A DNA stretch of 64,000 bases from Mobula birostris. Lineage: Eukaryota. Position 1 is the first letter of the stretch; each line of letters begins with the position of its first letter. Location of the stretch: assembly GCF_030028105.1 (NCBI RefSeq), contig NC_092382.1:100332699-100396698 (forward strand), in the 5' to 3' direction. The translations under genes were made by a program, and so were the position numbers. Shown one piece after another: positions 58,351-64,000 of this stretch. The notes under the pieces were generated by a model. That model made no database searches. It saw only the letters and a list, made by a program, of their open reading frames with translations, and had not been told where the DNA came from.

Positions 58351-60989
58351 GAAGTATATGGAGGAATATGGAGGAATCTAAGGTGGGGGCTTATATGAGA
58401 GGCAGGGTTTGAGGGTCGGCACAACATTGTGGACCGAAAGGCCTGTACTGTGCTGTACTATTCTATGTTCTATGTTCTATGTTCTATCATCCGGAAAAAA
58501 AAATAAAGCTATTAAATTAAAGAAAGCCTTCATGAAAACAAAATCAGAGAAATTGTACCTCTTTACCCTGAATTGTTGTGGCAACATGTCAAATTTCGTT
58601 TACTCTGAACCCGGGTTTTCCGATGTCATTCCTGTACTTCCATTGCCCCCTGCCGGAGTGCTGGAGATAATACTTTATACTTTATTGTCGCCAAGCAATT
58701 GATACTAGAACGTACAATCATCACAGTGATATTTGATTCTGCCCTTCCCGCTCCCTGGATTACAAATATTAAATATTAAAAACGGTAAAAATTAGTAAAT
58801 ATTACAAATTTAAATTATAAATCATAGATAGAAAATTGTAAAGTAAGGTAGTGCAGAAAAACCGAGAGGCAGGTCCGGATATTTGGAGGGTACGGCCCAG
58901 ATCCGGGTCAGGATCCGTTCAGCAGTCTTAACACAGTTGGAAAGAAGCTGTTCCCAAATCTGGCCGTACGAGTCTTCAAGCTCCTGAGCCTGCTCCCGGA
59001 GGGAAGAGGGATGAAAAGTGTGTTGGCTGGGTGGGTCGTGCCCTTGATTATCCTGGCAGCACTGCTCCGACAGCGTGCGGTGTAAAGTGAGTCCAAGGAC
59101 GGACGATTGGTTTGTGTGATGTGCTGCGCCGTGCTCGCGATCTTATGTGCAGTTATTCCCGAGCTCCCCTCCTTGGAGCCCCAGCTCCCCGCACTTGCAC
59201 AGGTTCCCTTTCTTTTCCTCCTCTGCGGGGGAAAATTCCAGGCCTCTGCCGGGCGAGCGCCGACCCCCACCCGTCAAACAGGCTTTTCCCTTCCGTTAAA
59301 ATCACCTCCCCACCGCTTCGATTCCAGGAAGGGACGGAGCAGAGGTTCGGTAAGGCATCCATCCCGTCGGCACTTGCCTGCGTCCTTCGACCCGTCGCCG
59401 TTCCTCCCGGAGAGCGCTGGCCACGCACGACAGACGGACACAAGGCGTCTCCGAAGATGGCCTGGCTTTTATTCCTCGCCGCCGTCTCTCTGACTCTCGG
59501 GTAGGTGTCCGCCCTGGTATGACGGTGTCCCCATCCCCCATCCACTGATCCATCTTCGGAGACGCGTTGTGACCACCCCCCCCCCCACCACCACCACCAC
59601 CACCACCACCCATTACGAGGAGCAAGCACGGGTCGAATGACGCACCCAAGTGCCGGCGGGAACCTTGCGTCATTGAACCTCTGCCCCTCCTTGGGCGGAC
59701 GTAAGTGGCGGAGCGTCAACAGAAGGGATAAGGAGGAAGTCCTGCACATCTCCTGCATTCCGGCAGGGGGCAATAGATGTACAAGAATGACATCGGGAAA
59801 CCCGGCTTCGGCAATACAGGGCAAAGTCGTACAATTTCTTTCTTTTTCAATCTTTTTATTAGTTTCATAGAATATAAACATAACATATCAATAATACAAA
59901 GTTATTGGGAATACATTATTATACTTAACATGAGTAATTATAAAACCAAATAGTACGATTTCAATAGTTCAAGAAGGAAGGAATAGGGAACTGGAAATAT
60001 TAGATTAGATTAGATTCAACTTTCTTGTCATTGCGCCGAGTACAGATACAGAGCCAATGAAATGCAGTTTGCATCTAACCAGAAATGCAAAGAATGGTGT
60101 TATTTACAAAACAACTGCGAATTTAAAATGTGCTACAGGGCACAAATATAAAAGTACTGAGACGGTACACTATGGGTGCAAAACTGCTTAACGCTGTGAT
60201 GAGAGGTTCAGCAGGGTCACAGCCTCGGGGAAGAAGCTCTTCTTGTGCCTGCTGATGCGGGAGCGGAGGCTCCTGTAGCGCCTACCGGATGGGAGGAGAG
60301 TTAAAAAGTCCATGGCTAGGGTGAGATGCATCCCTGATGATGCTTTTCGCCCTGGCTCAACATCTGGAATACACAGAGGAAGAGAGAGAGGAGGAGGAGG
60401 AGGAGGAGAGAGAGAGAGTGTGTGAGAGGGAGATAGAGGGATAGAGAGAAGGAGAGACGGGAAGAGAGTGAGAGAAGTAGAGAGAGAAGGAGACAGACAT
60501 GGAGAAGCGCAACGACAGAGAGAGAGAGAGAATTCACTTTTTTACAGTGTCATTGTTTTCATTTCCAGAACAGAGAGCTAATAACAGCCTTGCTTTGGGC
60601 CGTGACCATCATTGTAACGGTCTCTGACTTTGTTTCCCGGAACGCTCACCATGACCATGCAGTTCCTTAACTTAACAGCTTCGTTTTTTTTTTTCGGATG
60701 ATATTCCCATGTCTTTGTATAATTGGCATGTGGTTAGGGGCTCATTACCCGGGCATTCGGACCTCGTTCACATCATCTTGTTTGAATTTTTTGGGTTTAT
60801 GTTTTGTCTGTTTTTGGCAGGTTACTTCTTTGTTGATCCTTGACAAGCAGTGCTCCATTCTGAGTGCTGTTAGAGGCGAGACGACACACCTGTGGGAAGC
60901 AACATTAGTCGCTCCGCTGGCTCTGAGTCTGGCCCCGTGGGTCAGAAGGGTACGGCACGGAAGAGGAAGGCAGCGTTAATAGGGGACTT

Positions 60990-62036
60990 TATAGTTAGGG
61001 GATTTGATAAAGTGAAGCACAATAAGTTATTTGAAATGTTACAGAAAACTCTAGATCTAGAGTCGAAAGACCTCCGCCTAATCAGAAATCTGTACTGGGA
61101 ACAAACTGCCGCTGTAAGAATAGATGGAGAAGTGGGTCAGTTTACGAAAATCAAGAGATGCGTTAGACAAGGGTGTGTTTTCTCCCCTAATTTATTTAAT
61201 GTGTACAGTGAGACAATATTAGAAAAAAAAAATACGAGCCATCTTGGGAATCAAAGTTGGCTGTGAAACCATCAATAATTTCATATATGCAGGTGACACT
61301 TTGTTAATTGCAAGTACGGAGGAAGAACTACAAAACTTAATTGATATAATTGTTGTAGAAAGTGCAAAAATGCGTCTATCTATCAATTGCAAAAAGACAG
61401 AATGTATGGTGATATCCAAAAAGAAGGAGAATCCTATCTGCAGGCTGAGAATAAACGGGGAAGACATAAAACAAGTAAAGAAATTTTGCTACTTAGGAAG
61501 CTGGGTGACATCAGATGGCAGGTGGGACTTGGAATTAAAAGAAGAATAGGGATAGCAAAAGACACCTTTACGAGAATGAAGAGTATAATGACCAATACTA
61601 AACTAGACATGACAACCCGCCTCAGAGTACTGAAATGTTATGTTTATCCAGTTATGTTATAACATCAGAATGTTGGACAATATCTAGTAACATGAGGAAA
61701 CGATTTGTCGCAGCAGAGACGTGGTTTTTGAGAAGGATGCAAAGAATATCATGGAAGAAACGAATATCTAACGAGGATGTCATGACCAGAGCAAGCACAA
61801 AAAGAAATACTGTATGAGATCATGAAAAGGCAACGTAACTTCATTGGACATGTGATTAGGAAAGAGGAGTTAGAATGCACGGTAATTATGGGAAAGATTG
61901 AAGGGAAGAAAGCAACAGAAAGGCAAAGACAAATGATGATGGAGACAGCAGCCAGAGAACTGGAAATGAATACCAACGAATTGATCCACTTGACCCGAAA
62001 CGGGAGTGTGTGTGGGCCATGCATTCAAAGCTCAAA
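60990..62036 (+). mobile_element. RTE-clade LINE RT fragment, decayed
   Basis: FDKVKHNKL..RNLYWEQTAAVR..VRQGCVFSPNLFNVY..YAGDTLL..INCKKTECMV..FCYLGS; frameshifts present. Confidence 0.88.
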
Positions 62037-62186
62037 NNNNNNNNNNNNNNNNNNNNNNNNNNNNNNNNNNNNNNNNNNNNNNNNNNNNNNNNNNNNNNNN
62101 NNNNNNNNNNNNNNNNNNNNNNNNNNNNNNNNNNNNNNNNNNNNNNNNNNNNNNNNNNNNNNNNNNNNNNNNNNNNNNNNNNNNNA

Positions 62187-63295
62187 TGGGCGATTCCGTG
62201 GAAACGGAAAGAAAAAACAAGGATGTTAGTTTGCCTCCCTCTTGCCAGGGCTTGTGATGTTTCTGAGCGCGTCCACAATAGCCTGAAATGGCAGGGTGAG
62301 CAGCCAGAGGTCGTGGTATATATTGGCACCAACGACAAACGTAGAAAACGGGTGGAATTCCTGAAAGCATAATCCAGGGAGTGAGGAAGGAAGCTGAGAA
62401 GCAGGTCCTCAAAGATAGCAATCTTGGGATTGCTGGCTGTGCCACGCGACAGTGAGTATAGGAACAGAATGAGGTGGAGGATAAATGCATGGCTGAGGGA
62501 TTGGAGCAGGGAACAGGGATTCAGATTTCTGGATCATTGAGACCTCTTTTGGGGCAGGTGTGACCTGTACAAAAAGGAAGCCTTGCACTTGAAACGGAGG
62601 GGGACTAATGACCTGGCGGGAAGGTTTGCTAATGCTTTTGGGGAGAGTTTAAACTATACTTGCAGCGGGTGGGAACTGAACTGAAGATGCAGTGGGTAGA
62701 GCGGTTGGCGTACAAGTAGAGGCAGCTTGGACGGAGTTTGTGAGTAAGGATAGGCAAATTGTAGAGCAAAGGTACTCTCAGCCAGATGGTTTGCGATGTG
62801 TCTATTTTAATGCAAGGAGTATCATAAACAAGATGGTTGAACTTAGAGCGTGGATCAATACATGGAACTAGGACTTTGTGGCCATTACAGAGACTTGGAT
62901 TTCTCAGGGGCAGGAAAGGCTGCTGAGTACGCCGGGTTTTAGCTGTTTTAAAAAGGACAGGGAGGGAGGAAAACGAGATGCGGGGAGTGGCATTGCAAAC
63001 CAGAGATAGTGTCACGGCTGCAGAAAAAGAGGTGGTCTTGGAAGGATTGTCTACGGAGTCTCTGTGGGTGGATGTTAGAAACAGGAAGGGGTTAATAACT
63101 CTACTGGGTGTTTTTATAGACCCCCATTAGTAACAGGCGCGTCGAGGAGCAGATAGCGAGGCAGATTCTGGAGCCGTGCAATAATAATAGGGTTGCTGTG
63201 ATGGGTGATTTTAACATTCCTAATATTGAATGGCATCTCCTTAGAGCAAGGGGTTTAGATGGGATAGAGTTTGTTCGGGGTGTCCAGGAGGGGAA
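62187..63295 (+). mobile_element. CR1 ORF1 (SGNH esterase-like) end and ORF2 endonuclease start; a second ORF1 piece lies at ~60860-60990
   Basis: EVVVYIGTND and ALIGDFIVRG (GDS-type) motifs; CVYFNARSI..VAITETW..MGDFN. Confidence 0.85.
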
Positions 63296-63424
63296 ATAAC
63301 CCTGGTCAGTTGTCAGATTTCTTGATGGGAGACCATTTTGTACGCAGTGATCACAACTCTATCTCTATCATCATAGCGCTGGAGAGGGTTCGGAGCCGAC
63401 AATTTGGGTAAGGGAATGCTATTA

Positions 63425-64000
63425 GACCATAAGACCATTAGACATAGGAGCCGAATTAGGCTATTTGGCCCATCGACTCTGTTCCGCCATTCTATCATGG
63501 CTGATCCTTTTTTTTTCCCATCTCCTCCTCCACCTCAGTTCCCGGCCTCCTCCCTGTAACCTTTGATGCTGTGTCGAATCAAGAACCTATCAATCTCTGC
63601 CTTAAATACACCCAACGACCCGGCCTCCACAGCTGCATGTGGCAACAATTCCCACAAACTCACCACCCTTTGGCTAAAGAAACTCCTCCGCATCTCTTTG
63701 AAAGGGCGCCCCTCACTCCTGAGGCTGTGCCCTCTTGTCCTAGACTCCCCCACCACGGGAAACATCCTTTACACATCTACTCTGTCTTTCAACATTCGAA
63801 ATGTTTCAATGAGATCCCCCCTCACCCCCCCATCCCTCTGAATTCCCAGAGCCATCAAACATTTCTTTGATTCCTGGAATCCTCCTTGTGAACCTCCTCT
63901 GGGCCCTGTCCAACGCCAGCACATCTTTTCTAAGATGAGGAGCCCAAACCTGTTCACAATGCTCAAGGTGAGGCCTCACCAGTGCCTCATATATCCTGAG
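63425..64000 (-). mobile_element. CR1 LINE 3' end
   Basis: SRTRGHSLRSEGRPFKEMRRSFFSQRVVSLW. Confidence 0.88.

Overview
Vertebrate genomic DNA with no prokaryotic features, most likely from a cartilaginous fish (ray or skate; inferred from the CR1, Rex1, Tc1 and V-SINE repeat mix and the V sequences). The window is part of the V-segment array of a T-cell receptor locus, best assigned to TCR beta (TRB). Ten V segments are clear, each with a leader exon, an intron, a V exon and a 23-bp-spacer RSS. Family A has 4 copies with a YFCAW[SR] end resembling mammalian TRBV30/Trbv31: two look intact (VA2 +, VA4 -) and two are pseudogenes (VA1 +, VA3 -). Family B has 6 copies ending YFCAT[TS]DG: VB2, VB3, VB5 and VB6 look intact, while VB1 and VB4 have lost the conserved Trp41. 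VB2-VB5 sit in a ~5.1-5.3 kb tandem cassette built mostly from transposon debris. Six V segments from both families carry the same ~300-bp non-coding module about 1.5 kb downstream, with a CTCF-consensus core oriented like the V. A possible degenerate third-family V relic lies at ~57.4-58.35 kb. No D, J or C segment and no trypsinogen exon was seen. Five N-gaps exist, and two of them bound the 9-kb block holding VA4 and VB1, so the orientation of that block is unproven. The rest is CR1, Rex1/Babar and RTE LINE fragments, Tc1 remnants, tRNA-derived SINEs, one solo LTR and GA/GATA microsatellites. Repeat boundaries are approximate.
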